Shown here: piece by piece, positions 9,227 to 18,665 of the stretch
How positions within the stretch are numbered: the stretch's first letter is position 1
Layout: every line of letters begins with the position of its first letter
Assembly (NCBI GenBank): GCA_903909555.1
Contig: CAIVWG010000240.1
Span: 1 to 48,467 of the forward strand
Length of the DNA: 48,467 nucleotides
Direction: 5' to 3'
DNA from: an uncultured bacterium
Lineage (GTDB): Bacteria > Actinomycetota > Actinomycetes > S36-B12
Notes under the pieces: generated by a model
Told to the model about the DNA's origin: nothing
The model's database searches: none
The model's input: only the letters and a program-made list of their open reading frames with translations
Made by a program: the position numbers and the translations under genes

Positions 9227-11730
9227 GACAGGATCCGATCGTTGGCCGGGTCGAAGAGCGCACCCGAGCCGGCGACGGTGACGGGGTACTGCTCGCCGAG
9301 GTACTCCACGACCAGGTGGGTGCCGGGAGCGGAGTACTCCGGGGGCAGGTACGTCATGAGGATGTGCTTGCCCACGGACGGGCCCGATCCCGCGGACGTG
9401 ACGTAGGAGCGCCGGCCGTGCGCGTCGGTGATGGGCTGGCCGTCCTTGGTGAGAATCGGCTCGCCCCCCATCATGTAGCGCTTCTCGCCTGTTGACGACG
9501 TGTGGTCGTCGACGGTGAGCAGGCACATCGTGGCAGCGGGCGGCTCCTCGCGGTGGCGCAGGTGCGCCTCCTTGCCGACGAACTCCGCATCCTTGATCTT
9601 CTTCGGGCTCATGCCGGCCTCGACGACCGTGAAGTCGCCCTCGAGCTCGGGGCCGTACGCGCGGTAGCCCTTCTCGAGGCGGCCGGTGGTGCCGTAGACG
9701 CCGATACCGACGGGGATGAGACCGTGAGCCTGGCCCGCCGCCCAGATGGCATCCCACACCGCCAGAGCGTCGGCCATCGGGACGTAGAGCTCCCAGCCGA
9801 GGTCGCCGACGTACGAGATGCGCGAGGCCAGCACCGTCTTGCCCGCGATGGTGATCTCGCGGCAGGTGCCGAAGCCGAAGCCGTCATGGCTCACGTCCGC
9901 GTCGGTGACGGCGGAGAGGATCGCGCGGGCGTTCGGGCCCCACAGGCCGATGGTGGAGATCGCGTCGGTGAGGTTGGTGAAGGTCGCGCCCTCGGCGGCG
10001 TGGTCCTGGAACCACTTGAGGTCGCTCATGCCGTGGGCGCCGCCGGTGACCACGCGGAAGTGCTCGTCACCGAGGCGCATCACCGTGAGGTCGGAGCGGA
10101 ATCCGCCGTTGGGTGCCAGCACGGGGGTGTAGACGACCTTGCCGACCGCGACGTCCATCTGGCGCATGCAGACGCGCTGCACGGTGGCGAGGGCACCCGG
10201 ACCGGTGATGTCGAAGAGGGCGAAGGCGGTGAGGTCGACCAGCCCGGCCGTCTCGCGCATCTGCAGGTGCTCGGCGTTGATGATCGGCGACCACCAGCGC
10301 GACTCCCACTCAGCGGTGCGCGGCATCACGGCATCGCCGTACTTCTCGACGAGCCCGGCGTTGGACTCGTACCAGAAGGGCCGCTCCCACAGCACCGTCT
10401 CGTAGAACACGGCGCCGAGCTCTGCCTCGCGGTCGTAGTAGGGCGACTTGCGCACGCCACGGTTGGACGACCACTGCTCCGCCGGGTGGACGATGCCGTA
10501 GGTCTTGTTGAAGCCCTCCGAGGCGCGGTCCCTGATGTGCTTGGTGGTGGTCTGCTCCGGGTAGAAGCGCGCGATGTCGGAGGCGTGGAGGTCGATCTCG
10601 GGCTGGCCGAGGACCATCCACTCGGCCATGGCGCGTCCCACGCCCGGGCCTTCCTTGACCCAGACGGCGGCGGCGGACCACAGGCCCTTGACCTCCGGCG
10701 TCTCGCCCAGGATCGGCATGCCGTCGGGAGTGAGGGAGAGCAGGCCGTTGATGGCGTACTTCTCCTGCGCGCCCTCGTCGCCGACGATCTCGGGCATGAG
10801 CTCCAGCGCGTGCTCGTCCTGGTCGGCGAAGTCGTCGGGGGTGAAGGGGAACTCCGTGGGGGAGAGCGCGGCCTCGGCGTTCGAGGGGATCTCCTCGGCG
10901 TCGTAGAGGATCGGCCGGTGGGCGTAGGAGCCGATCTCCAGGCCCGTCCCGTGCTGGCGCTCGTACATGTTGGTGTCCATGTCGCGGACGATGGGGTACT
11001 CCAGGTCGCCCTTGGCGTCGGCGAACCGCGCGACGGGGCCGATGTCCTTCATCTGGTGCACGGCCGGAGTCAGCGGGATCTGGGCACCGGCCATGGCGGC
11101 GAGCTGACGGCTCCAGCACCCGGTGGCGATGACGACGTAGTCGGCGTCGATCGTGCCCTGGTCGGTGACGACGGCCTTGATGTGCCCGTCCTCGACGGTG
11201 AGGTCCTTGACCTCGACATTGGCGAAGGACTGCAGGGCGCCCATCTCGATGGCCTTCTCGCGCATGAGCGTGCCGGCGCGCAGGGAGTCGCAGACACCGA
11301 CGCCCTTGGTGTAGAAGCCGCCGAGGATGACGGTCTCGTCGATGAAGGGCACCATCTCCTTCACCTCATCGGGGGTGAGCAGGCTCATGTCCTCGATGCC
11401 CCAGGACTTGCCCGAGGTGATGCGGCGGGTGAGTTCCTGCATGCGCTCCGGGGTACGGGCGACCTCGATGCCACCGGACTCGAAGAAGGTGTCGAGTTCC
11501 TTGTACTGGCGGAGGCTGTCGAGCGTGAGCTGGGCCATCTCCTTGTTGTGGTCGACGAGGAAGATGAAGTTGGACGCGTGCCCGGTCGAGCCGCCGGGGT
11601 TGGGCAGCGGGCCCTTGTCGATCTGGACGATGTCGCGCCAGCCCAGGCGGGCCAGGTGGTAGGCCACGGAGTTGCCCACGATGCCCGCGCCGATGACGAC
11701 GCACGTGGCCTTGCTCGGCAGATTGCTCAT
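9223..11730 (-). CDS. Dimethylglycine/sarcosine dehydrogenase family FAD oxidoreductase with GcvT-like folate-binding domain
   Basis: GAGIVG FAD motif, GGSTGHA (covalent-FAD His position), TPDGMPILG, RSDLTV, ISYVGDLGWELY, RLEKGYRAYG; 835 aa. Confidence 0.9.
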   Translation of the reverse strand: MSNLPSKATCVVIGAGIVGNSVAYHLARLGWRDIVQIDKGPLPNPGGSTGHASNFIFLVDHNKEMAQLTLDSLRQYKELDTFFESGGIEVARTPERMQELTRRITSGKSWGIEDMSLLTPDEVKEMVPFIDETVILGGFYTKGVGVCDSLRAGTLMREKAIEMGALQSFANVEVKDLTVEDGHIKAVVTDQGTIDADYVVIATGCWSRQLAAMAGAQIPLTPAVHQMKDIGPVARFADAKGDLEYPIVRDMDTNMYERQHGTGLEIGSYAHRPILYDAEEIPSNAEAALSPTEFPFTPDDFADQDEHALELMPEIVGDEGAQEKYAINGLLSLTPDGMPILGETPEVKGLWSAAAVWVKEGPGVGRAMAEWMVLGQPEIDLHASDIARFYPEQTTTKHIRDRASEGFNKTYGIVHPAEQWSSNRGVRKSPYYDREAELGAVFYETVLWERPFWYESNAGLVEKYGDAVMPRTAEWESRWWSPIINAEHLQMRETAGLVDLTAFALFDITGPGALATVQRVCMRQMDVAVGKVVYTPVLAPNGGFRSDLTVMRLGDEHFRVVTGGAHGMSDLKWFQDHAAEGATFTNLTDAISTIGLWGPNARAILSAVTDADVSHDGFGFGTCREITIAGKTVLASRISYVGDLGWELYVPMADALAVWDAIWAAGQAHGLIPVGIGVYGTTGRLEKGYRAYGPELEGDFTVVEAGMSPKKIKDAEFVGKEAHLRHREEPPAATMCLLTVDDHTSSTGEKRYMMGGEPILTKDGQPITDAHGRRSYVTSAGSGPSVGKHILMTYLPPEYSAPGTHLVVEYLGEQYPVTVAGSGALFDPANDRILS

Positions 11731-11759
11731 TGCTTCCCTCTCAGCGGTGGTGATGCGCC

Positions 11760-12431
11760 CTACAGGGCCCGGCGTACCTCGGCCTCGAAGCCGCGGACGT
11801 GGATGGACATGACATCGGCCGCGCGATCGGGGTCGCCGTCGCGGATGGCCAGGAGGAGATCTCGGTGCTCGGTCACGGCGTCCTCGAGGTGGGTGACCCG
11901 GTCGAGGGCGAGGAACCAGATGCGCAGGGCGTGCATGTAGTGCTCATCGCACGCCGACTGCAGGAAGTCATTGTGTGCTGACTTGTAGACCTGGTAGTGG
12001 ATGCGCTGGTCGAGCTCGATGAGGCGGTGCATGTCGGGGTCGGCGGCCGTTTCGTCGATCGCGGCGAGCAGTTCGTCGATGCTGGCGATGTCGTCTTCGG
12101 TACGCCGCTCCGCGGCGAGGCGCGCCGCGAAGGGCTCGAGCTGTTCGCGCACCTCCGATAGGGCGGTGAGATCGCGCGGATCGAGGGCGGCGACGAACAT
12201 CCCTCGCCGGGGGTACACCTCGACGAGGCGCTCCTGCGCGAGCGTGCGCAGGGCCTCGCGGATCGGCGTACGGCCCAGGCCGAGGCGCTCCTGAAGCTCG
12301 GGCTCGCTCAGCACCGCGCCCGGCGGCAGTTCCAGGGTGACGATGAGGGCGCGGAGCTCGCGGTAGGCGCGGTCGGCCTGGGACTCCCCGCCGGTGAGAT
12401 CCGGTTGGACGAGGAGGGCGGCCACGGACAT
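11760..12431 (-). CDS. GntR family (FCD) transcriptional regulator
   Basis: LPPGAVLSE..LGLGRTPIREAL..PRRG HTH and FCD-type C-terminus (D..IH, EH..L..AIRDGD). Confidence 0.93.
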   Translation of the reverse strand: MSVAALLVQPDLTGGESQADRAYRELRALIVTLELPPGAVLSEPELQERLGLGRTPIREALRTLAQERLVEVYPRRGMFVAALDPRDLTALSEVREQLEPFAARLAAERRTEDDIASIDELLAAIDETAADPDMHRLIELDQRIHYQVYKSAHNDFLQSACDEHYMHALRIWFLALDRVTHLEDAVTEHRDLLLAIRDGDPDRAADVMSIHVRGFEAEVRRAL

Positions 12432-12437
12432 GCTAGA

Positions 12438-12470
12438 GATATATCAGTTCCGTGATGAGTTGTACATCAG
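12438..12470. promoter_or_regulatory. Candidate GntR operator sites
   Basis: AT-rich patch with related copies GATATATCAG (12438-12447, palindromic core GATATATC) and TGTACATCAG (12461-12470) just upstream of gntR. Confidence 0.5.
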
Positions 12471-12542
12471 ACGCCGGATGGCGTGACGGGTGGGACTGCT
12501 GTGAACCGGCCGGGGGACGCCCCGCGGAGGGTTCCCCGCGGC

Positions 12543-14165
12543 CTAGGAAGCGTCCGGGTCGGCGCTGCACATGGGCTGGAGCGACCCGCCCATGGCCCCC
12601 CGGACGAAGTCGTCCACGGGCGAGCCCGAGTACCTCCTCGTGATGGGGGTCCTCGCGGCGTGGTTCGGCACATTGAGGTGGGTGGCCCCGGGGAAGTAGT
12701 CGACCTCGAGGTATCCCGTGCCGTCGCAGTAGGCGCCCTCAAGGGAGTGGAAGAGCTGGTCGGTGAGGCAGTCGGTCCCCTGGACCTTGCCCTGGTTGTC
12801 CACGCACCAGATGATCTTGTCGTTGCGTCCCTGCGCGAGGTAGATGGGGACCTTCGCACCGTCATTGTCGCGCGGGAGCTTCGAATAGGAGTTCACGCCA
12901 TTGGGCCCGGGCATGTTGAACTGCAGCCAGGCGCACCAGTCTCGGACCGACTGGGCGTAGCCGCTGGGGTTGTCGCAGGTGGCGTCGAAGGCGCCCTGCC
13001 ACGTGCCGTCGACCTTCGATCCGGCGAAGGGGGCCGCGAAGAACCGTGAGTAGTCGGGGAAGAGGTAGGGGAACGCCGTCGTGTACATCGCCGTGAGGTC
13101 TGACTTGTTGAGGCACAGCTGGTTGATCTTGGGAGCCGTCTTCTGACCCTGGGTGCTGAGGACATCCGTGTAGTCGACGCTCGCGGTGGGCCCGAAGGGG
13201 AAGGCCCCGGAGGTCGCGTTCTCGACCTGGCTCCACGACATGGTGGCGAAGCTGAAGAAGGCCACGGCGATGGGGAAGGGGAGGCCGAGTCCCGGCTTGA
13301 AGTTGTAGATGTCGCGGTCGCCGAGGTGCTTGCCCAGGTAGGCCTGAGGCTGGCCGGGCGACGTGGTGAACTGGCTCGCGGGGGCCTCGGCGGCGACGCC
13401 GGCGAGGTCAAGGCTCTTGTCGCCTTCGTGGGTGAAGTACTGCGAGGCGAGCTGCCCGGCCCACAGGGCGGCGAGGCCGCCCTGAGAGTGACCCCAGGTG
13501 ACGAGGGGAAGAGCCGCGTCGCTCCTGATCGCTGCGAGGCCGAAGGACTCGGCATTGCGGGTGAGCGTGCGCGCGGAGTCGAGCACGGCGAGCCCCTGCG
13601 CCACGCCGAGGACGTAGCGCTGGAGGTCGTTGCTGCCGACGCCGGCGGACGGGTAGTCGGTCGCGACGACGGCATACCCGTCCTTGAGCATGTTGACGAG
13701 CGCGCCGTTGGACTGCGGGCCCTTCTTGGTCACGCTGCCGATGCCGGAGGGCATGGGCCCGACGAACGTGGTCGGGTTCATGCTGGGCTGGCACTGCTCG
13801 GCGACGCCGAGGGTGCCGTGAGCCCAGGCCACAACGCCCTTGACCGCGCCCCCCGGGAGGTCGCCGGCGTCGGGCACGGCGACGAGGCCGCAGGAGGCGA
13901 CCACCGAGTCGGCCGAGCCCGTGGTGGCGTAGGCGACGCGGTAGAGCCGGCCCGTGGCGAGCTGGGACTCCGCGGTCACGTCCTGGGGCGGGGCCAGCAG
14001 GTCACCCGGCTGCGCCCCGGCAAGGGCCTGAGAGATTCCGGCGCCCGTGCAGACGTTGTCGGAGGGGGAGTCGGCTGCGCTCTGGGAGGGCAGTGGCGCT
14101 GCTTGCGCGCTCGCAGCGGTGGCTGCGCCAAGGGCGACGGCGGCGACGATGGCCAGGATCTTCAC
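12543..14165 (-). CDS. Secreted lipase (LIP-type alpha/beta hydrolase)
   Basis: Signal peptide ending ASAQA, VAWAHGT, VATDY, WGHSQGG. GTG 14165 has a GGGAGG RBS; alternative ATG at 14186. Confidence 0.85.
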   Translation of the reverse strand: MKILAIVAAVALGAATAASAQAAPLPSQSAADSPSDNVCTGAGISQALAGAQPGDLLAPPQDVTAESQLATGRLYRVAYATTGSADSVVASCGLVAVPDAGDLPGGAVKGVVAWAHGTLGVAEQCQPSMNPTTFVGPMPSGIGSVTKKGPQSNGALVNMLKDGYAVVATDYPSAGVGSNDLQRYVLGVAQGLAVLDSARTLTRNAESFGLAAIRSDAALPLVTWGHSQGGLAALWAGQLASQYFTHEGDKSLDLAGVAAEAPASQFTTSPGQPQAYLGKHLGDRDIYNFKPGLGLPFPIAVAFFSFATMSWSQVENATSGAFPFGPTASVDYTDVLSTQGQKTAPKINQLCLNKSDLTAMYTTAFPYLFPDYSRFFAAPFAGSKVDGTWQGAFDATCDNPSGYAQSVRDWCAWLQFNMPGPNGVNSYSKLPRDNDGAKVPIYLAQGRNDKIIWCVDNQGKVQGTDCLTDQLFHSLEGAYCDGTGYLEVDYFPGATHLNVPNHAARTPITRRYSGSPVDDFVRGAMGGSLQPMCSADPDAS

Positions 14166-14389
14166 GTGGGCCTCCCGAGCGGACATGGCGGACGGCTTCC
14201 CAGACTAGGCAGCGATGCCACGGGGATGCGCGCTCGTGGCCGGTTTCCCTCCCCGTCAGCCTGGTCCCGCACGTGACCCACCCCTTCCCACCACGATCGC
14301 CAAAGGTCGTCCGCGCAGGTGGGCGACGCCTACGCCGACATCGTGGTCACGTCGGTCTCGGGCAACTACTCCGGCAGGTAGCCGCGCCG

Positions 14390-14992
14390 TCAGGGGACGA
14401 CGGCGCGGAGGGCCGGGCCGAGGCGGCCGGGGGCATCGACGATCTCCAGGGGCAGGCCGAGGCGCTCGGCGGCCCGCTGCGCCGCGCGCTCCAGGTCGGG
14501 GGTGCGTCGGCCTGCGAGCCAGACCACGCGCGAGTAGTGGCGAAAGTAGTCGTCGCGCAGTTCGGGGTGGCGGTCCAGCCCGAGCTCGCGCCAGACGACT
14601 CGGTCGAAGGACAGCACGAGGAAGTCGGTGAGGACGTAGGTGCCCGGCTCCGCCTCCCAGATCGCGGCCATCTGCTGCTCTCCGGCGTAGATGTCGTAGC
14701 AGTGCTGTCCGACGAGCCGGCGCAGCCCGTGTCGCTGGCAGACCTCGTCGAGAGCTCCGTGGGTGCCGCAGTCGGCGTAGCCGATGGCGATGTCGTCGTA
14801 GCGCTCGCGCAACTCGAGCACGAGTCGCTCGACCTCGGGAGCGATGCGCTCGGGCCGGTTGTGCAGCAGCGGCGGCAGCGGATGGATGTCGACGTCGCGA
14901 CCGGACTCCTCGATCCACGCGGTGGCATCGGCGCTCAGCGCGCCGCAGAGGATGAGGGCGGTGCGTGGCTTACCGGGGGAACGCGAGCTCAT
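14390..14992 (-). CDS. DUF1638 domain protein
   Basis: ILCGAL, LPPLLHNRPERI, GYADCGT, HCYDIY, GTYVLTDFL, LGLDRHPELRDDYF. Overlaps the upstream activator gene. Confidence 0.85.
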   Translation of the reverse strand: MSSRSPGKPRTALILCGALSADATAWIEESGRDVDIHPLPPLLHNRPERIAPEVERLVLELRERYDDIAIGYADCGTHGALDEVCQRHGLRRLVGQHCYDIYAGEQQMAAIWEAEPGTYVLTDFLVLSFDRVVWRELGLDRHPELRDDYFRHYSRVVWLAGRRTPDLERAAQRAAERLGLPLEIVDAPGRLGPALRAVVP

Positions 14993-16826
14993 CGACGAAC
15001 CGATCGTTGAAGTCCGTGCGGTCGGAGAGCTCGACATAGTGGATCTCGTCGAGCAGGGCCCGCGCGCCGTGGCGCTCGGAGTCCGACAGCAGGGCCATCT
15101 TCGCGCCCTCGCCGGCGACGTTCCCCGCACTCACGATGCGCACGACCGGGATACTCGGCACGAGGCCGATGCCGACGGCGCTCTTGGCCGACAGGTAGGT
15201 GCCGAACGACCCGGCGAGGAGGACCTGCTGGATCTCGGACTCCTCGGCGCCGAACTCCTCGAGCAGGAGCTTCCAGCCGGTCGAGATGGCGGCCTTCGCG
15301 AACTGCAGCTCGCGCACGTCGCGCTGGCTCAGGTAGATGTCCTCGCCGTTGCCGGACTCCGCGGCGGTGGCGAGGACGAACAGGCGCTCGCCATCCCGCT
15401 CGACGAAGCGTCCTGCGATGTCGGGTCGATTCGCGGCGATGGCCTCCTGGGGCACGAATCGTCCGGAGTCGTCCATGAGTCCCGCCCGATGGAGCTCGGC
15501 GATGGCGTCCACGAGACCGGACCCGCACAGACCGATCGGCGCCACATCGTCGATGACCTGCAGGGCGATGCCGTCCTCGCCGATGGTGACGACCTCGATG
15601 GCGCCGGGGGCCGCCCGCATCCCGCAGCGGATCGAGGCCGCCTCGAAGGCCGGCCCCGCGGGTGCCGCCGTGGCCATGAGTCGCTCCCCGTTGCCGAGCA
15701 CGATCTCGCAGTTGGTGCCGATATCGATGAAGAGCCGCAGTCGCTTGTCCCGGTCCATGCCCGCGGCCAGCACCCCGGCGATGATGTCGCCGCCGACGTA
15801 GGCCCCGAGGTGGGGGAAGACCATCGCGCGGGCCCGCGGGTGCACGTGCACTCCGAGGTCCATGGCGAGCAGGCCCTCGTAGGACTCGGTGGCGAGGATG
15901 AACGGCGCGACGCCGAGCGGCTCGGGATCGATGCCGAGGGCGAGCTGCGCCATCGTCGCGTTGCCCGCCAGTGCCACCTCGTAGACCTGGTCGGGGGAGA
16001 CGCCCGCCTGCGTGCAGACTTCCTGGGCCAGCTCGTCGAGGGTGCCGTGCGCGAATGCGCGCAGCTTGTCGAGGGCCTCGGGATCGAGCATCGTGGCGCT
16101 GATGCGGCTGATGACGTCGGCGCCGAACGGCTGCTGCTGGTTGAGCATCGACGCTACGGCGATGGGCGCGCCGGTGGTGAGGTCCATGAGCGTGCCCACG
16201 GCCGTGGTCGTGCCCAGATCGAAGGCGATGCCGTACGACGAGCCCGTGGTGTCCCCGGGCTCGAGGGCGATGAGGTCGGTGCCCACGACGACCGCGGTGA
16301 CGGTCCACTTCGCGGCGCGCAGCGTCGTGCCGAGGGACCGCAGCAGGCCCGGATCGATGGTGAGTTCGAGGTCATCGAGGGCGTCGCGCACACGCTGCAC
16401 GTCGGTGCGCTGGTCGGCGAGGGTCGGCTCCTCGAGTTCGATGAGGCGCTTTTGGACGGCGGGACGGAGGATCACCTGCCGTCCGACGCCCACGGTTGCG
16501 GCCTTGGGGCGCGTGGTGAGCTCGGGGACGTCGACGGTGAGGTTCGCGACGGCGTTCGCCATGCACGCCAGGCGCCAGCCGTCGGCGAGCTGGTCGGGGG
16601 TGAATGCGCGCTCGTCGAGTCGGCTCACCGGGACTGAACCGTCGGCAATGCGGACCCTGCACTTCTTGCACGTGCCGTGGCCGCCGCAGGTGGAGTCCAC
16701 CGCAACGCCGTTCCAGAGGGCGGCGTCGAACACCGAGACCCCACTCGGCACCCGAACGGACTTGCCGGCGGGGACGAAGTCGAGGGTGACCCGGGCGGGC
16801 CCCTCGGCGGTCGCGCCGTCGCTCAT
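14970..16826 (-). CDS. Corrinoid reductive activator (RamA/RACo-like, ASKHA ATPase with N-terminal 2Fe-2S domain, DUF4445)
   Basis: CGGHGTCKKC...RLAC ferredoxin motif; DLGTTT, DIGTNCE, AGPAFE, CGSGL, LAGSFG. ATGA overlap at start. Confidence 0.92.
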   Translation of the reverse strand: MSDGATAEGPARVTLDFVPAGKSVRVPSGVSVFDAALWNGVAVDSTCGGHGTCKKCRVRIADGSVPVSRLDERAFTPDQLADGWRLACMANAVANLTVDVPELTTRPKAATVGVGRQVILRPAVQKRLIELEEPTLADQRTDVQRVRDALDDLELTIDPGLLRSLGTTLRAAKWTVTAVVVGTDLIALEPGDTTGSSYGIAFDLGTTTAVGTLMDLTTGAPIAVASMLNQQQPFGADVISRISATMLDPEALDKLRAFAHGTLDELAQEVCTQAGVSPDQVYEVALAGNATMAQLALGIDPEPLGVAPFILATESYEGLLAMDLGVHVHPRARAMVFPHLGAYVGGDIIAGVLAAGMDRDKRLRLFIDIGTNCEIVLGNGERLMATAAPAGPAFEAASIRCGMRAAPGAIEVVTIGEDGIALQVIDDVAPIGLCGSGLVDAIAELHRAGLMDDSGRFVPQEAIAANRPDIAGRFVERDGERLFVLATAAESGNGEDIYLSQRDVRELQFAKAAISTGWKLLLEEFGAEESEIQQVLLAGSFGTYLSAKSAVGIGLVPSIPVVRIVSAGNVAGEGAKMALLSDSERHGARALLDEIHYVELSDRTDFNDRFVDELAFPR

Positions 16827-17710
16827 CCGCCAGCCGCGTCCTGGGCGGCGGCCTTGGCGGCGGCCTCCTTGGCACGGTGCGCCGCGATCCAGTTCGCGCC
16901 CCACTCGTCATTGCCCCGCATGAGGTCGGCACCCTTCACCGCCGTGACGATCTGCGGGGTGCGGGAGTCCATGATCGCGCTGGTGAGTCCGGCCTGGATC
17001 GCCATGGGGAGGAAGACCGCGTTGAGCGTGTGGCGGTCGGGCATGCCGAAGGACACGTTGGACGCCCCGAGCGTGGTGTTGACGCCGATCTCGCTCGAGA
17101 TCAGGTGAATGGCCTCCATCGTCTTGTAGGCCAGGGTGTGATCGGCGCCCACCGGCATGGCGAGGGGGTCGACCACGATGTCCTCGATGGGGATGCCGAA
17201 CTCCTCGGTGGCGATGCCGATGAGCTGCTTGGCCAGTTCGAGCCGCCGGTGGGGGTCCTCGGGGATGGCCTCCTCGTCGTTGGGCAGCGCGATGACGGCG
17301 GCGCCGTAGCGCTTGACCAGCGGGAGGATCTGGTCGATGCGCTCGCGCTCCATCGTCACGGAGTTCACCAGGGCCTTGCCCTGGTACGCCGCGAGGCCAG
17401 CCTCGAGGGCCTCGACGACCGAGGAGTCGATGCACAGCGGCACGTCGGTGAGCGACTGCACGAGCGTCACCGCCTCGCCCAGCAGCTTCGCCTCGTCGAC
17501 CAGCGGCGCGCCCATGTTGACGTCGAGCATCATGGCGCCGCCGGCGATCTGCGCGTGGACGTCTACCTCGACGGCCGACAGGTCGTTCTCGCGCAGCTGC
17601 TCCTGGAACTTCTTGCGCCCCGTGGGATTGATGCGCTCGCCGATGATGCAGAACGGCTGATCCGGCCCGATGGTGACCGAGGCGCCGGCCGAGCTGAGGA
17701 CGGTGTGCAT
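16823..17710 (-). CDS. Methylcorrinoid:tetrahydrofolate methyltransferase (pterin-binding, AcsE/MtgA/MetH-Fol-like)
   Basis: IIGERINPTGRK, LDVNMG, LCIDSS, LVNSV, VVDPL, LGASNVSFGMP; GGAG RBS. Confidence 0.92.
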   Translation of the reverse strand: MHTVLSSAGASVTIGPDQPFCIIGERINPTGRKKFQEQLRENDLSAVEVDVHAQIAGGAMMLDVNMGAPLVDEAKLLGEAVTLVQSLTDVPLCIDSSVVEALEAGLAAYQGKALVNSVTMERERIDQILPLVKRYGAAVIALPNDEEAIPEDPHRRLELAKQLIGIATEEFGIPIEDIVVDPLAMPVGADHTLAYKTMEAIHLISSEIGVNTTLGASNVSFGMPDRHTLNAVFLPMAIQAGLTSAIMDSRTPQIVTAVKGADLMRGNDEWGANWIAAHRAKEAAAKAAAQDAAGG

Positions 17711-17717
17711 GGGACTC

Positions 17718-18665
17718 CTATCCCGCGGTGGTGCCGGCGGCGGTCGCCACCGGGTCGAAGGCAGGCCCGATTCCCAGGTCGCGGACCAGCCGCTCGAGGG
17801 AGCCGTCATGCCGGAAGTCGGTGAGGTGGATGCCGGAGACGCCCGGCAGGGACAGGGCGTGCCGCGAGAGCTCGAGCGTGAGCTGGTACGACGCCTCCGC
17901 GATGGCCTCCTTGTCCCCGGCATCGGCGACGCGGCGGATCGTGTCGGCGGGGATGGAGATGCCCGGCACGGACTCGTCCATGAAGGACAGCGCCCGGGCG
18001 GTCTTGGTGAGCACGACCGTGGGGAGCAGGGCGGTCGTGTCCGTGACCCCGGTCTCCACGCAGCCGCGGACGAAGTGCTCGAGGCGATCGGGGTAGTAGC
18101 CGATCTGCAGCTGCAGGAAGCGCGCCCCGGCCTCGGCCTTCTTCCTGGCCCGCAGGACGCGGTAGTCGAGGGGGGGAGCGAAGGGATTCTCGACGGCGCC
18201 GACGAAGAGGGCGGGGGGCTCCTTGATGGCGCGGCCGGAGAGGTAGTGGCCCTCCGCCAGGCCGCTGGCGACCTTGATGAGCTGCGTGCTGTCGAGGTCG
18301 AAGACGCGCCGCGCCTCTGGCTCGTCGCCTGCGGTGACATCGTCCCCGGTGAGGCAGGCGACGTTCTCGACGCCGAAGAGCGAGGCGCCCATGATGTCGG
18401 CCTGCATGGCGATGCGGTTCTTGTCGCGACAGACGACCTGCATGATCGGCTCGAGCCCGAACTGCATCATCGCGATCGCGATCGAGGTATTGGATGCGTG
18501 CGCGTGCGCCGCGGGATTGTCAGTGGCGTTCACGGCGTCGACGTAGGGACGCATCTCGTCGGCCGCCTTCTCGACCGCGGCGAGCCCCCCGCCGTCGATG
18601 CTGGGGAACTCCGCGGTCACGACGGGACGCGTCCGCGCGGCGAGGAGGTCGGACAGCCGGCTCAC
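17718..18665 (-). CDS. metF: Methylenetetrahydrofolate reductase
   Basis: VVTAEF, VNATDNP, EPIMQVVCRDKNRIAMQ, CLTGD, VFDLDS, KKAEAGARFLQLQ. GTGA overlap with the metV-like stop. Confidence 0.9.
   Translation of the reverse strand: MSRLSDLLAARTRPVVTAEFPSIDGGGLAAVEKAADEMRPYVDAVNATDNPAAHAHASNTSIAIAMMQFGLEPIMQVVCRDKNRIAMQADIMGASLFGVENVACLTGDDVTAGDEPEARRVFDLDSTQLIKVASGLAEGHYLSGRAIKEPPALFVGAVENPFAPPLDYRVLRARKKAEAGARFLQLQIGYYPDRLEHFVRGCVETGVTDTTALLPTVVLTKTARALSFMDESVPGISIPADTIRRVADAGDKEAIAEASYQLTLELSRHALSLPGVSGIHLTDFRHDGSLERLVRDLGIGPAFDPVATAAGTTAG

Noticed and set aside
9502-11940. 812-aa + strand ORF and similar long Arg/Gly/Pro-rich ORFs throughout
   Set aside because: Antisense or off-frame shadows of well-supported genes.
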